DNA from: Mobula hypostoma | Taxonomy: Eukaryota | Assembly: GCF_963921235.1 (NCBI RefSeq) | Contig: NC_086126.1 | Span: forward strand, 18,476,001 to 18,540,000 | Reading direction: 5' to 3' | Length of the DNA: 64,000 bases | Part shown: positions 1-12,764 of the stretch, piece by piece | Numbering within the stretch: position 1 is the stretch's first letter | Layout of the letters: each line of letters opens with the position of its first letter | The notes under the pieces: model-generated | What the model saw: the letters and a program-made list of their open reading frames with translations, nothing else | Databases searched by the model: none | What the model was told of the DNA's origin: nothing | Translations under genes and position numbers: made by a program

Positions 1-2081
1 AATCGGTGGACTGGTTAGTATTCAAGGACTCGGCAGCTAACCTCGATGACTATGCCTCAGCTGTCATAGACTTTATTTGGAAATGCACGGAGGACTGTTT
101 GTCTCACAAGACGATCCGGGTATTCCCTAACCAGAAACCTTGGACGAATATAAGGTCAAGTCCCTTTTAAAGGCTAGAGCTGCAGCTTCTAGGTCCGGGG
201 ATACCAGTTGCTACACTGAATCCAGGTGTGAACTCCGGAAAGCCATTCAGGGTGCCAAGAGGCAATATCGAGCCAAGTTGGAAGCCCAGGCTAACCAGAG
301 GGATGCCAGTAGACTATGGCAGGGTCTAAATGAGATTACTGGGCGCAAAGAAAAGGCTGGGAATATCAATAACTGTGGCGCTTCTCTTCCTGACGAACTT
401 AACGTATTCTACGCAAGATTCGAACAGAAGAGGAACGTCCAGCTCCCTCCGGATGAACCAGACCTGGTGGCATCGAGATTCATTGTCACCTAGGACATTA
501 GAAGGGCCTTCCTGAAGATAAATCCAAGGAAGGCGATGGGCCCAGATGGCGTCCCAGGACGGCTTCTCCGAGCCTGTGCAAGCGAGCTAGCTAGAGTGTT
601 TGCTGACATCTTCAACTGCTCCTTGCTTCAGTCTAAGGTCCCCTTGTGTTTTAAGAAGGAAACGATAATCCCAGTGCAGAAGAGCAAGGTGGCATGCCTG
701 AACGACTATCGACCTGTGGCTCTGACATCCATTGCTATGAAGTGCTTCAAGAGATTGGTTTTGGCACACATCAACCACAGCCTACTGGTCAACCTCGACG
801 CTTTACAAGTCGCCTACCAGAGCAACAGGTCAACGGCAGATGCCATCTCTCTGGCCCTACGTTCCTCCTTAGAACACCTGGAGAATAAAGATGCATCTGT
901 AAGGCTCCTTTTCATTGACTACAGCTCTGCCTTTAATAACATCATTCCAAATAAACTGATCCCTAAGCTCCGGAACCTGGTCCTCAGCACTCAGATCTGC
1001 AGCTGGATCTTCAACTTCCTCACAGACAGGACCCAGGCTGTAAAAATAGGGGACAAGCTCTCCTCTACAATCACTCTGAGCACTGGTGCCCCACAAGGCT
1101 GTGTACTCAGCCCCCTGCTGTACTCACTGTACACCCATGATTGTGCAGCCAAGTTTCCATCAAACTCAATATGTAAGTTTGCTGATGACACAACAATTGT
1201 AGGCCATATCTTGGGTGATGATGAGTTTGAGTAGAGAGAGGAAATTAAGAACCTGGTGGCATGATGCGAAGACAATAAGCTATCCCTCAACGTCAGCAAG
1301 ACGAAGGAATTGGTTGTTGACTTCAGAAGGTGTAGCAGACCGCACGACCCAATTTACATCGGTGGTGCGCAAGTGGAACAGGGTTAAAGCTTTAAGTTCC
1401 TTGGGGTCAATGTCACAAATGACCTGACTTGGTCCAACCAAGCAGAATCCACTGCCAAGAAGGCCCACCAGCGCCTTTACTTCCTGAGAAAACTAAAGAA
1501 ATTTGGCCTGTCCCCTAAAACCCTCACAAATTTTTATAGATGCACCATAGAAAGCATTCTTCTCGGGTGCATCACAACCTGGTATGGAAGTTGTCCTGTC
1601 CAAGACCAGAAGGATCTGCAGAAGATTGTGAACACGGCGCAGCACATCACACAAACCAATCTTCCGTCCGTGGACTCACATTACACCGCAGGCTGTCGGA
1701 GCAGCGCTGCCAGGATAATCAAGGACACGACCCACCCAGCCAACACACTTTTCGTCCCTCTTCCCTCCGGGAGAAGGCTCAGGAGCTTGAAGGCTCATAC
1801 GGCCAGATTTGGGAACAGCTTCCTTCCAACTGTGATAAGACTGCTGAACGGATCCTGACCCGGATCTGGGCTGTACCCTGCAAATATCCGGACCTGCCTC
1901 TCGGTTTTTTTGCACTACCTTACTTTCCATTTTTCTATTTTCCATTTATGATTTACAATTTAAATTTTGAATATTTACTATCAATTTATAATCCAGGGAG
2001 CAGAAAGCGCAGAATCAAATATCACTGTGATGATTATATGTTCTAGTATCAATTGTTTGGCGTCAATAAAGTATAAAGTAT
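1..2081 (+). mobile_element. Rex1/Babar-clade non-LTR retrotransposon (RT and C-terminus, in-frame stops); 5' end lies outside the window
   Basis: ORFs 140-493, 536-1234 and 1628-1858 share one frame. Motifs [53 protein letters not shown] and the C-terminal LPSGRRLRS...RFGNSF. Ends in an AATAAAGTATAAAGTAT tail. Confidence 0.88.
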
Positions 2082-2189
2082 CATGTACGGCATTGAACTG
2101 CTGCTGCTACATTAACAAATTTCATGACACACGCCAGTGGTAATAAACCTGATTCTGGTTCTGACTCTGAATTTATCCCCACAGATGGC

Positions 2190-4420
2190 TGTGGCCAATA
2201 AATTGGGTTTATTTAACGAGGAGGTTCTTGATTGTGGAGGGGGGGCAAGAGGGTTTGAGAGGGCTAAGAGTTCAGTCATGATCTCTTATCCCTGGTAGAA
2301 TGGTGCAGCAGACTGGATGGGCCAAACGGCCTAATTCTGCTCCTGTGTTTTATGGTCCAATGGTCTCAGAGCAGCTGCAGGACATTTCAAATGGAAGGCT
2401 GAGCAGTCAGACATAGTGGTGGACCGTGCATGTTGGTATTAGCAACGTAGGGAGGAGGAGGGTTGTGTCCTGTGCAGTGAATTTAGAGAAGGAAGAGAGA
2501 AACTAAAAATTGATAAGCTCTATATTACTCCCAGTGACACTTGTTAGTGCAGGGAGATATAGGAAGATACCACTGATGAATGTGTGGCTGAGAAACTGGT
2601 GCAGAGGACAACTTCATGGATCAATAGAATCACCTAGAGATGGACAGGTAGAAACTGTTGAAGGAACAGTTTTCTCATTGCTGAAACTGTAGGGAATAGT
2701 TTTGGCGTGACAGATTGGAGGTTTAAAGGGGATCTGAAAGGTGAGTTGATGGAGGTGGATAAAATTATGTGAGGCATACAGAGGTTAGAGAGGCAGACAC
2801 TGTTTTCCGAGGTGTGGCTGTTTAAAACTAAAGGGAATGGATTTAAGGTGAGGGGAGGAGGTTTAAAGGTGATCTGACGGTAAATATTTCCCATGGGGAA
2901 TTGATTTGAATTGACTATTTCTTACATCCTTCACATACATGAGGAGTAAAAATCTTTTCATCATGTCTCCGTCTAACTATGCAATCACAGTAATTTATAA
3001 TCATTTATTATAAATGGAACAGTCAATGTAACAGAGAATAGCTGGTATCCCCAATGAGCCGCCAGAGGAGGTGGTGGAGGCAGACACACACAAAGTCTCT
3101 GTTCATGAACACTTCTCAGGAACCTGTCATTACTGTGTACATCCTGCCCTGGTTGAACTTCCCAGTGCTGGATCCATTGTTGTTTTCCATCTGTACTAAT
3201 GATCTGGATGAGAATGTGGTAAACTGGATCAGCAAATGTACGGATGACACCAAGGTTAGCTTTCTAATCTTGACATAGGATGTGGACCAGCTGGAACAAT
3301 GGCAGATGGAATTTAAAGCACACAAGTGTGAGGTGTGTGCAACATAAGTTTAACAAGAGAAATGTGAGGTTTAAAGAGGATCTGAGGAAAACTGTTCTCT
3401 CTCCCTAGGAGGTTACAATCTGGAACACACTGCCTGAGGGGGTGGTGCAGGCTGGTATTTAAGGACCATTTGGATGAGTATTTGAATCACCAAGGCAGGG
3501 TAGGAGACAGACCAAGTGCTGAGTTAGTGGAGACAGATTCTTGATGGTCAGTATGGACATGCAGAAACCACTGACTGTGAAAGTACGGTGGGAACCTGAA
3601 ACACAGGACTTCAGGATGGACTCAGCTAAAACATTCAGTACCCAGTACAATGGATTTTTGTTGGATGAAAGTATTAATGGTCAAATATTGAACCAACCCC
3701 CTCAAAAGGCTACTGAAATACTCCCATCCCCCGTGTACCGATAACAGTAATTCTATATGGAAATTTGGTTAACTACTCTGGTTAAGATTAGGAGAGATGG
3801 CTGACACCTTGGTCACAGTGGGAGGGTGCAAATGTCTTCTCAGAGGATAAGGGGTTCACTGGAACAAGCTCACAGCTGAGAATGAAGGTGACAAACCCCA
3901 CTGCAGTGGAGGACTGTTGTGGTCCGGGTTGTACAGGATAGAAACAGACCCTCTGGCCCATCACATTTCTGCTCCCCATCATGCACAGCTATACTAATCC
4001 CACTGTCCTGTATTAGTTTCATATCCCTCTGGGCCTTGCTCACTGAAGCCCCTGTGCATGTGCCTCTAATATTGTTACACAGTTCCCTGTATGTGGCATC
4101 ACAGGTAGACAGGGTTGTGTGTTCCACTTGTCTTCTCAGCCAAAGAACTGCCTCTCATTGGAGTAGAACAAAACTGTTTAAAGACAGATTTAAAGGGGAT
4201 CTGAAGGGTAAATATTTCACACAGAGAATAGCTGGCATCCGGAATTAACTCCCAAAATAGAGTCACTGGTTTATACAGAAATGAAACAGTCCCTTCGGTA
4301 CAACTCATCCACGCCAACCAAGTTGTCGACCTGAACTCGGCCCATCTGCCTGCATTAGGCCCGTATCCCTCTCAACCTTTCCCATCCATGTGACTGTGCA
4401 AATATGTTTTAAATATTGTA
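2190..4420. mobile_element. Patchwork of old, decayed CR1-type LINE fragments
   Basis: Remnant RT (NDLDENVVNWISKCTDDTKV at about 3200-3255) and CR1-like 3' ends resembling those of the intact CR1 at 23201-26120. Confidence 0.6.
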
Positions 4421-4446
4421 CCTGAGGCAGGGAGCCGGTGCAGTGA

Positions 4447-4695
<249 letters not shown>

Positions 4696-4840
4696 AGACA
4701 AGTTTACTGACAAAACAAACCGTCTGTCTGTCTGTCTGTATCTTGTTTTACGGCGGTTGACATCCAGCTTAATGGTGCATTACCGCCACCCTCTGCTCCA
4801 GAATGTGCACTAGACATACATTCTAAATCCCTTCACCCAA

Positions 4841-4841
<1 letters not shown>

Positions 4842-4870
<29 letters not shown>
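4842..4870 (+). repeat. (CA)n microsatellite in the LINE 3' UTR
   Basis: Run of about 14 CA units. Confidence 0.95.
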
Positions 4871-4874
<4 letters not shown>

Positions 4875-5316
4875 CTACACTTCACCCTCCCATCTTTGAC
4901 CATCCTAGTATCCTATTCCTGTTTATTCGTCATATTCTATAAAAAAAACCCTGTACTCCTTAAAAATGCTAAAAATACCCAGACTTGTGCTCTCTCACCC
5001 ATGCCCAGCAACCCTTTTAATGTGAATTCCTGCATCTCCAACTCCCTTAATTTATTTCTCATCATCTCTGTATCCCATACTTCCTGCAACACAAAACTAC
5101 ATGTTCTACTGACTCCTCTTCCTGACATTCCTCACACAATCCTGTCTGGTGTTTCCCTAGCATTTTCAATGTTTTGTTTAATGCACAATGCCCCAGTCTT
5201 AACCTAGTCCACACAATTTCCTCTCTTCTGTTTCCATTACCTACCCTAGTAACTGCAACACTCTTTTGTATTTGATATAAATGCCTCCCTTTCCCCTCCC
5301 TGTCCCATCTTTCTTG

Positions 5317-8300
5317 TCACATTCGGTTGACTTTTTCCCAGATTACACACTTAACCTCTGCTTTACTGATACTAATGTGCATTTCCACATTTTCTTTCTT
5401 TAACACCCTCTTTGCCAACTCATCCACCCTCTCACTCCCCTTCACCCCTACATGTGCTGGAACCCATAGAAATTTTACCTGACCTCCCTGATTTGCAATT
5501 CTTGTAACTAACTGAAGGACTTCATAAAGTACATCTTGCCGACTGTTTGTGTGAAAAGACCTTAAACTTGCTAGAACTGAGGATGAATCTGAACATATCA
5601 ATGCTTTGGCTTGTCTGGCTTTCTGCACCCATTGCAACACAACCAACACTGCCAGCATCTCCACTGTAAACACCCCTAACTTATTAGATGTTCTTCTGCT
5701 GATTCCAATTTCTTTTGCTGGTATTACCACCCCAAACCCTATCACTCCTGTTTCAGGTTCCTTCTCACCATCCGTATAAATGTGAGTATAATCACTATAC
5801 TTTTCCATCACATGGCAGTTAAATGCATTTACCAAATCTGTTTTATATCTTTCTTTCCTTTTCACCTCTCACAAATGCCAATCTATGTCAGGCCATACAA
5901 GCTTCCATGGAGCTACAACCGGATAAACTACTGAAGGACTTATCCTCAGATCAAATACTCCACATTCTTTCACGATATCATTCCCTACCCGACTAAAGGT
6001 ATCCCTCTGAACCCTCCCATTTTCCCAGCACTCCTGCAACACTCCTTTAGTAGGGTGAGAATCATTGTGCCCCTGCAAGTTAGCCCAGTAGTTTGCCATC
6101 ATTTGCATCCTTCTTAGTTCCAAAGGCATTATTCCCATTTCTACCTGTAGGGCTGACACTGGTGACGTTTTAAAAGCCCCACTGCACACTCTCAAGGCCT
6201 GAGCCTGAATCACATCCAGTTTCCTTATAAGAGACCTAGCTGCTGATCCATATACTATATTTCCATAATCCAATACAGATCTTACTAAAGCCACATACAT
6301 TCTCTTCAAAGCTGAACAACTTGCTCCCCATTCCCTACCAGTCAAACATCTTATCACATTTATTACTTTTTTACATTTCTCCTCAACTTTCCTGATATGG
6401 TCTGCCCATGTTAATCGTGAATCAAATATAACTGCCAGAAATTTAAATGATGCAACCCTTTCTAATTCAACCCCATACATCCTTAACTTCTTCCCTACTT
6501 CAACCCTTTTCCTGGTAAAAACTACAGTTTGAGTTTTCTCTACTGAAAATCTACATCCTCAATCATAACCCCACTCCACCACTTCATCAATTGCTTCTTG
6601 TAGTTTCCTGATTATATAATCCATGTTCCTGCCTCTCTTCCAGAAGGCCCCATCATCCGCAAACAGTGACCTACCTTTATCCACTGGTACCTTTGTGAAG
6701 ACATCATTGATCATAATCATGAAAATTAATGGGCTAATCACACTACCTTGAGGTGTGCCATTTTCCACTATGTACTGTTTTGATAATTCTGATCCAATCC
6801 GAACTTGAATTTTTCTACCAAACAAAATATCTTTAATCCAGTTGAAAACTCTCCCACCAACCCCCATCTTGTACAGTTTAATTAATAATCCTTCCTTCCA
6901 CATCATATCATAGGCTTTTTCAATGTCAAAGAACACTGCCACTACTGATTCTCTGTTTGCCTGGGCCTTCCTTATTTCAGTCTCTAACATAATCACTGAG
7001 TCCATGGAATTCCTTCCCTTTCTAAAACCACTCTGATAACTTGCCAGCATTCCCCTTTTCTCAAGCTCATATGATAACCTTTCTGTTATCATCCTTTCCA
7101 TTATCTTACATATACTTGATGTTAATGCAATTGGTCTGTAGCTAGTGGGTGTTGACAGATCCTTGCCAGGCTTCCTTATTGGAATTACTACTGCTTCTTT
7201 CCATGCACTTGGTAATCTTCCCTCCTCCCACACTCTGTTATAAAAATGCAGCAACTTCAAGAGCACTCCTTCTCCTAGATTTTTTAGCATCACAGAGCAT
7301 ATCAGATCTTTCCCTGGGGAGGTTGGTCTCGATCTCTTTATTGCTCTCACCATTTCTGCTAATGTAAATGGATCATCAATTATATCATCTGTTCCTTCCC
7401 TCCTGCTTAACACACCCTGGTGTTGGCTCATTATTCTTTCCCTTCTTCTTCTCCCTTCTTCAGACAAATTTTCTGAACTGTGTATCAGTACAAATGACTT
7501 GGCCATAACCTCAGCCTTATCCCTACTGGGGACTGCAGTTTCCTCCTCAGATATCATTACTGGATATTCCCATTCCCTTCTATCTCCTTCCATCCTCTTA
7601 ATCATTCCCCATCTCTCCCCCACAGGTGTTGTTCTTCCTATCTTGTCGCAAAAACTCCTCCAACTTGCCCTTTTAGCTTGACGCATAGTTCTTCTCACCA
7701 CTGCCTGTGCTTTCTTATATTGAACCAAATGCTGCATATTATGGGTTCTTTTAACTAGCCTGAATGCTCTATTTCTGTTTTTTACAGCCTGACAACATTC
7801 CTCTGTCCACCATGGTACCAGTTTTCTATTCATCCTATTTTTACTCCTAGGTATAGATCCTTCTGCTGCCATGATAATTACTGAAGTCACCTGACTGTTT
7901 AATTCATCTACATTTCCAGAAATATCAATCTTTATCAACCCTTCTTCACTCAACTTCCGGAACTTACCCCAATCAGCTTTTTCAAACATCCACTTTGGGG
8001 TTCCGCCACCTGGTCTTACTTCAACTCTTTCACCCACTGAACACAAAACTGGGTAGTGATCACTGCCTACTGTTGAAGCAGTCCAAACTCCCCAGTTACT
8101 AATGCCAGCCAAGGTATTAGACACTAACGTAATATCTAACACTGACTCAGTTCCTGTTGTTATATCTATCCTTGTGCCGCTACCATTATTCATACACACC
8201 AAATCCCTTTCTTCCATCAAATCTTCAATTTCCTTTCCATTTGGATCTGTAATCTGATCCCCCCATATTGTGCTATGAGCATTGAAATCTGCACACCACA

Positions 8301-8703
8301 CTACTTTACATCTCTTTTGTCCTTGTATCTTTAATAGGCTGTCCAAATCCAACCTTTTACATGGATTGTAGTAGTTAATTATAACCACTCCCTCCCCTCT
8401 CTCCCACACTTCCACCACTATGTATTCCTGATCATCTCCTTTTTCCAGTACCCTATGTGGTATACCCTGCTTGATTAACATAGCACAACCCCCTCCTCCC
8501 CCTAGATTTCTATCTTTCCTTATCATTGTATACCCATATACCACAAAGTCTAAAGTTGGTTTAAACCAAGTTTCCTGAATACACACTACATCCAGTTTTA
8601 CAACCATTTCTTTAATAAAGTGCTTGAATTCCTGGCTATTGGCCAGTAAGCTCCTTGCATTCAATTGTAAAAGAATCACCATAATTAGTATTAACCAACA
8701 CAT
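5317..8703 (-). pseudogene. ORF2 (APE endonuclease, reverse transcriptase, RNase H) of the I/Nimb LINE, split by in-frame stops
   Basis: Pieces 6559-8703, 5869-6480 and 5317-5865 share one frame. LQLNARSL, IQETW, DFNAH, SDHYP; YRPIALTS, FFDIEKAYD, GTPQGSVISP, LFADD; RNase H YTDG...EMLAV...CSDS...WVPAHVGVKGSERVD. Confidence 0.9.
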
Positions 8704-9832
8704 GACACTTCCTGGCTTGACTGATTACTGAGGTTCTCCCTCACTTCCTCCCATGTCAATCCTACTAACCCTAAATGGTTTACTGCTGCTTTTACCACCA
8801 GCTGAATTTTGTCACTTTTTGACTTTACCTCAGCCGTACTATTAATCACTCCTGCAATGAATGTTACTAGAGCCTTTTTGTCTACATAAATCCTGTCATT
8901 TGTTCTTTGTTGCATCTCTCGTATCCCTATTGCTCCCTCTTCATTAGGAGGATTATTCTGTTCTCTTGACATTCTTACAGCTTCTGCATAAGTGATCTTT
9001 CTTTTCACTCATATTTCTTGAATTTTAGTCTCCCGTCTCACAACCTCACACCCACTATATGCAACTTTATGAGCTCCTCCACAATTGCAGCATTTTGGTT
9101 GAACTCCTGTTCCGCACTTTCCATATTCATGATCACCCCCACATCTAGCACATCTCCTCTGCCTTTTACAGTTTTTAGCCACGTGTCCAAACCTTTGACA
9201 ATTATAGCACCTCAGTGGCTTTGGCACATACACCCTTACTGGGTAACTCATGAAACCCAGGAACACCTTCCTTGGCACTCTTTCTTCTTCAAATTCAATC
9301 AATACTGATTCACTTTCCTTTTTCACTCCCTCCTTTGTTTTCAGTCTTTGAACATTCATTACTTTCCCTCTTTTGATATTCCTCTTTATCTCCTCCATAT
9401 TTATACTCATTGGTATCCCCGTGATCACTCCTTTACAACCACTGTTTTGTGCATTCAAGTGTATTCCACCTTGCATTTTTCTATCTCTTTTAGCTTGAGT
9501 GCTTTCTCAAGTTGTTCCTCATTCGCACATCTTACCAATAAGTTGCCATCATTAAGGACTTTTGCAAATACTATTTCCCCTACCTTATTTGTCAGAGTTG
9601 TTGTTAGCACAAACGGGTTAATTTTCTTCATATGTCCCTGAGCCTTCTCATTAAACCTAATTATGACAACACCGCCTCTCTGAGCTTGTTCATCTTCCTC
9701 ACTTTCAGAGCTTTCTCCACTATCATTTCTTATTCTTTTATTCCCTTTGTCTTGGTTTTTATTCATCCGACCCCTCACTACCTCCTCATTCCCTTTATTT
9801 CTCCCTTCACAATAGGCTCTTTTTACAGCCAC
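8691..9832 (-). pseudogene. ORF1 (gag-like nucleic-acid-binding protein) of the I/Nimb LINE, disrupted
   Basis: Three pieces (9455-9832, 9009-9476, 8691-9008). Knuckles CYNCQRFGHVAKNC, CARCGGDHEYGKC, CCNCGGAHKVAYSGC. Confidence 0.88.
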
Positions 9833-9854
9833 TCACGGCTTCATTAAAAGAGTT
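9815..9854 (+). terminator. Displaced, imperfect histone 3' stem-loop plus HDE belonging to the H2B fragment at 4546-4695
   Basis: GGCTCTTTTTACAGCC-ACTCA-CGGCTTCATT-AAAAGAGTT parallels the H2B-A 3' end GGCTCTTTTAAGAGCC-ACTCA-CGATTTCACT-GAGAGAGCTG. Confidence 0.75.
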
Positions 9855-10334
9855 ATTTTCTGTTGATGAGCTCATTCAGAATCTTACCCCCGTTAATCAG
9901 AACTTGCTGTCCGCTGCTCAGTATAATCCCGATTTCTCTGTTAATTCCTGCCAACGGCACAAGACACGGAATCGTTACACACCCGTTTCCCCGTCGCTTC
10001 CTCTCGGTTATCATATTTCTCTGACGTGGACGCTAATTGTTGTTTCTGGTTCAATTACCCGTGGGTTCGTTAAGCTTTGTCCCATTTTGGTTACTTCTCT
10101 TAACCCCATTCCAACGCGAGAGCTGAACATTGTCACGGGTCGTTCAGAGTATTTGTTAAAGCTCCACTTTCTGACGGGTGACCCGTTGGTAAACTGATTT
10201 GAGTTTACACAATGACCGACCGCGAATAGCAGCTGAGAATCAGTTTTATTCCAATCGTTTATCAACTGAAAGATATCGGTGAACTAATGTCCCAGACACC
10301 ATCGCAATATTAACTACACTTTGTTTAAGTGTGT

Positions 10335-10600
10335 CGGAGTCCAGTAACGGGGGTAAAGAGCCGACAAACAAACCTGTTGTGGTTTAATTTCAGCAACAAA
10401 GGCTTTTTTGGCGGTGTTTTGCAAATTTCAGTCTATTTCGGCGGTTAGACGGCATTTTTCGCGCTTCTACCGTTGCTGTCTCTTGATTGGTGAATAAGGC
10501 AGCTCTGTGATTGGAATATTTGCTCTTTCCAATCAGATCAGGCACTGTTTCACCAATCATAAACGCCCCACTACATTCCGCATCTCCCGCCCCGCCTGTA
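10335..10600 (+). promoter_or_regulatory. Orphan H2A-type histone promoter with no downstream CDS
   Basis: Colinear with 19735-19975 (CAGTAACGGGG, TTTTTTGGCGG, CGCGCTTCTACC, CTCTTGATTGGTGA). Multiple CCAAT/ATTGG boxes and a GC box. Confidence 0.72.
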
Positions 10601-10614
10601 TCATAGGGCGATTT

Positions 10615-12600
10615 GCAGAAGCCTGATTCCTAATGGTCAAAACTTCAAGTTTATTTCTGATTTATCAAATCTATGTGATGTTATATGTATCAGGAAACCT
10701 GATTGCTATCGCATTTAAGTTCTTCCTTCCAGTGTTATATTGTAATTAAGCGTGATAGATTAGTTGGTAGAGGAGGTGGTGGTGCAAGTTTTTTAAAGAG
10801 AGGGAGAGGGCATAGAGTTGTGGATGTAAATGAAATGTATGGGGCATTTGAAGACACATTTGATTCCACAGGTAGGTGCAATAAAGCGGTATATTATTAT
10901 AACGTCGACTGGACCTCTTCCGAGAGATGCTGCCTGGCCTGCTGCGTTCACCAGCAACTTTTATGCGTGTTGCTTGAAATTCCAGCATCTGTAGATTTCC
11001 TCGTGTTTGTGTGTTGTTATAATCATTATGGAAAGCTTCCGATTGATTTGCTGGAGAGTATATGTAGCTCTAGCTCACTAAGGGTTGTATGGTGTGGGGA
11101 TTTTAACACATAGTTAGTTCACTGTGGGGTTGTTCTCAGATTGGTGATATTTTGTTTATAGAAGAGTTTCAGATCCTGTTAGTCTTTATAGAAGAGTTTC
11201 AGATCCTGTTAGTCTTTATAGAAGAGTTTCAGATCCTGTTGGTCTTTATAGAAGAGTTTCAGATCCTGTTGGTCTTTATAGAAGAGTTTCAGATCCTGTT
11301 AGTCTTTATAGAAGAGTTTCAGATCCTGTTAGTCTTTATAGAAGAGTTTCAGATCCTGTTGGTCTTTATAGAAGAGTTTCAGATCCTGTTAGTCTTTATA
11401 GAAGAGTTTCAGATCCTGTTAGTCTTTATAGAAGAGTTTCAGATCCTGTTAGTCTTTATAGAAGAGTTTCAGATATTTCATATCCTGTGGTGGGAGAGGT
11501 ACGAAATTTAATGTTCATAATAGTTCTGAAAATGCTGTAAATTTAACTTTAGTTTTGAACATTGGAGTGAGTAGTGGGATGTCATGGGAGATGAAGCATT
11601 GGGGAGTGATCATTTTCCTATGTTTATAAGCTTGGGTTTGGATTTATATAGGGGACATGAGGCCACTTTTAGGAGGTGGAACTCTGGTAAAGCATATTGG
11701 GAGAAGTTTGAATGTTTCATGTGCTGAGCGTCTGTCTGGGCTGAATGGTGAGAATGATGTGGATTCTGCAAAGAAACATTATTCATCAAATAGTGGTGGC
11801 AGAGATTCAATTTAAAAAGTGCATTAGTGGGAGAAAAGCTGTACCATGGTGGACGGAGGAGTGTGCAGAGGCAGTTACTGAGAGAAACGTGGCATTTCTG
11901 AAAGTTAAGAAGTATCACTCTCCGCCTGATCATATTAAGTGTAACAGGTCACAGGCCATGGTGAGGAAAGTAATGAAGCTTGTGAAAAAGATTTACTAGA
12001 GGTCATATTGTGAAAGTATTGGAAGGACTATTAAACTTGAAGATGTTTGGGGAATGACTAAGAAAATGGGGGCGTAGGATTCATAGGGTTCCGAATATTG
12101 ATTAAAGAAGGTAATACAATTGTTCCTGAAAGAGAGACGGTTGAGTCCTGGCTCGGTCATTTGCTGCAATTCATAATCAAAATAGGTAGAGAGACTAAAC
12201 AATGTAGTGATAAGGTTTTACAAAATACCTTAATGTGTTGGAAACCAGCTGTAGCAATGATAGTATTAGTGATGTAGAGTTTCTTTGTGTGAATTTAAGA
12301 AAGTTATTTATAGTACAGGTCAGACGGCTCCAGGAAAGGATGATACATGTTATTGCATGTTTTAACATATGGTCAACAACTCTTTAGAGATAATATTACA
12401 TTTCTGAATTATAATTCAGGCCATCTTCCCTCCTCATGGAAAATGGCAATTCTAGTGTCGATTCTAAAACCTGGGAAACCCCTGTTGGATCCTCCTAGAT
12501 ATAGACCAATATCACTGACGTCCCATTTGTGTAAACTGACAGAATGTATGGTAATAGTGTGGTTGAATTATATTCTGGAAAAGGGAGGTGATGCGCTGTT
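10615..12600 (+). mobile_element. Old decayed I/Nimb-like LINE ORF2 fragment (endonuclease to start of RT)
   Basis: KRDRLVGRGGGG, VVWCGDFN, VPWWTEEC, PSSWKMAILVSILKPGK, YRPISLTSHLCKL; homologous to the ORF2 at 6559-8703. Confidence 0.8.
11155..11474 (+). repeat. 30-bp minisatellite, about 10.7 copies
   Basis: Unit TTTATAGAAGAGTTTCAGATCCTGTT(A/G)GTC, head to tail with no spacers. Confidence 0.97.
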
Positions 12601-12764
12601 GTTAACATACTGGATTAATTTGAGGGGCAAGTGCTGGTTCCACGCCACATGTTTCAAAATCAGTCAATGATTTAATGCAGAAAACTCCGCAGCTACTTGA
12701 ACACAGCAAGCTTCCACAAACAATATACTCAATGGAGATGTCAATCCATGGCCTCACATTCTGT

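Larger units (their letters stand above)
4722..9835 (-). mobile_element. I/Nimb-clade LINE, near full length: gag-like ORF1 plus APE-RT-RNase H ORF2, with nonsense and frameshift lesions
   Basis: ORF1 has three CCHC knuckles; ORF2 has APE, RT and RNase H motifs. 3' UTR contains (TG)n and ends in a (CAGA)n tail at 4722-4739. Confidence 0.9.

Noticed and set aside
11152-11511. 119-aa repetitive ORF (IEEFQILLVF)n, and a possible CRISPR-like array
   Set aside because: It is the translation of a spacer-less 30-bp tandem repeat in eukaryotic DNA; there are no unique spacers or cas genes.
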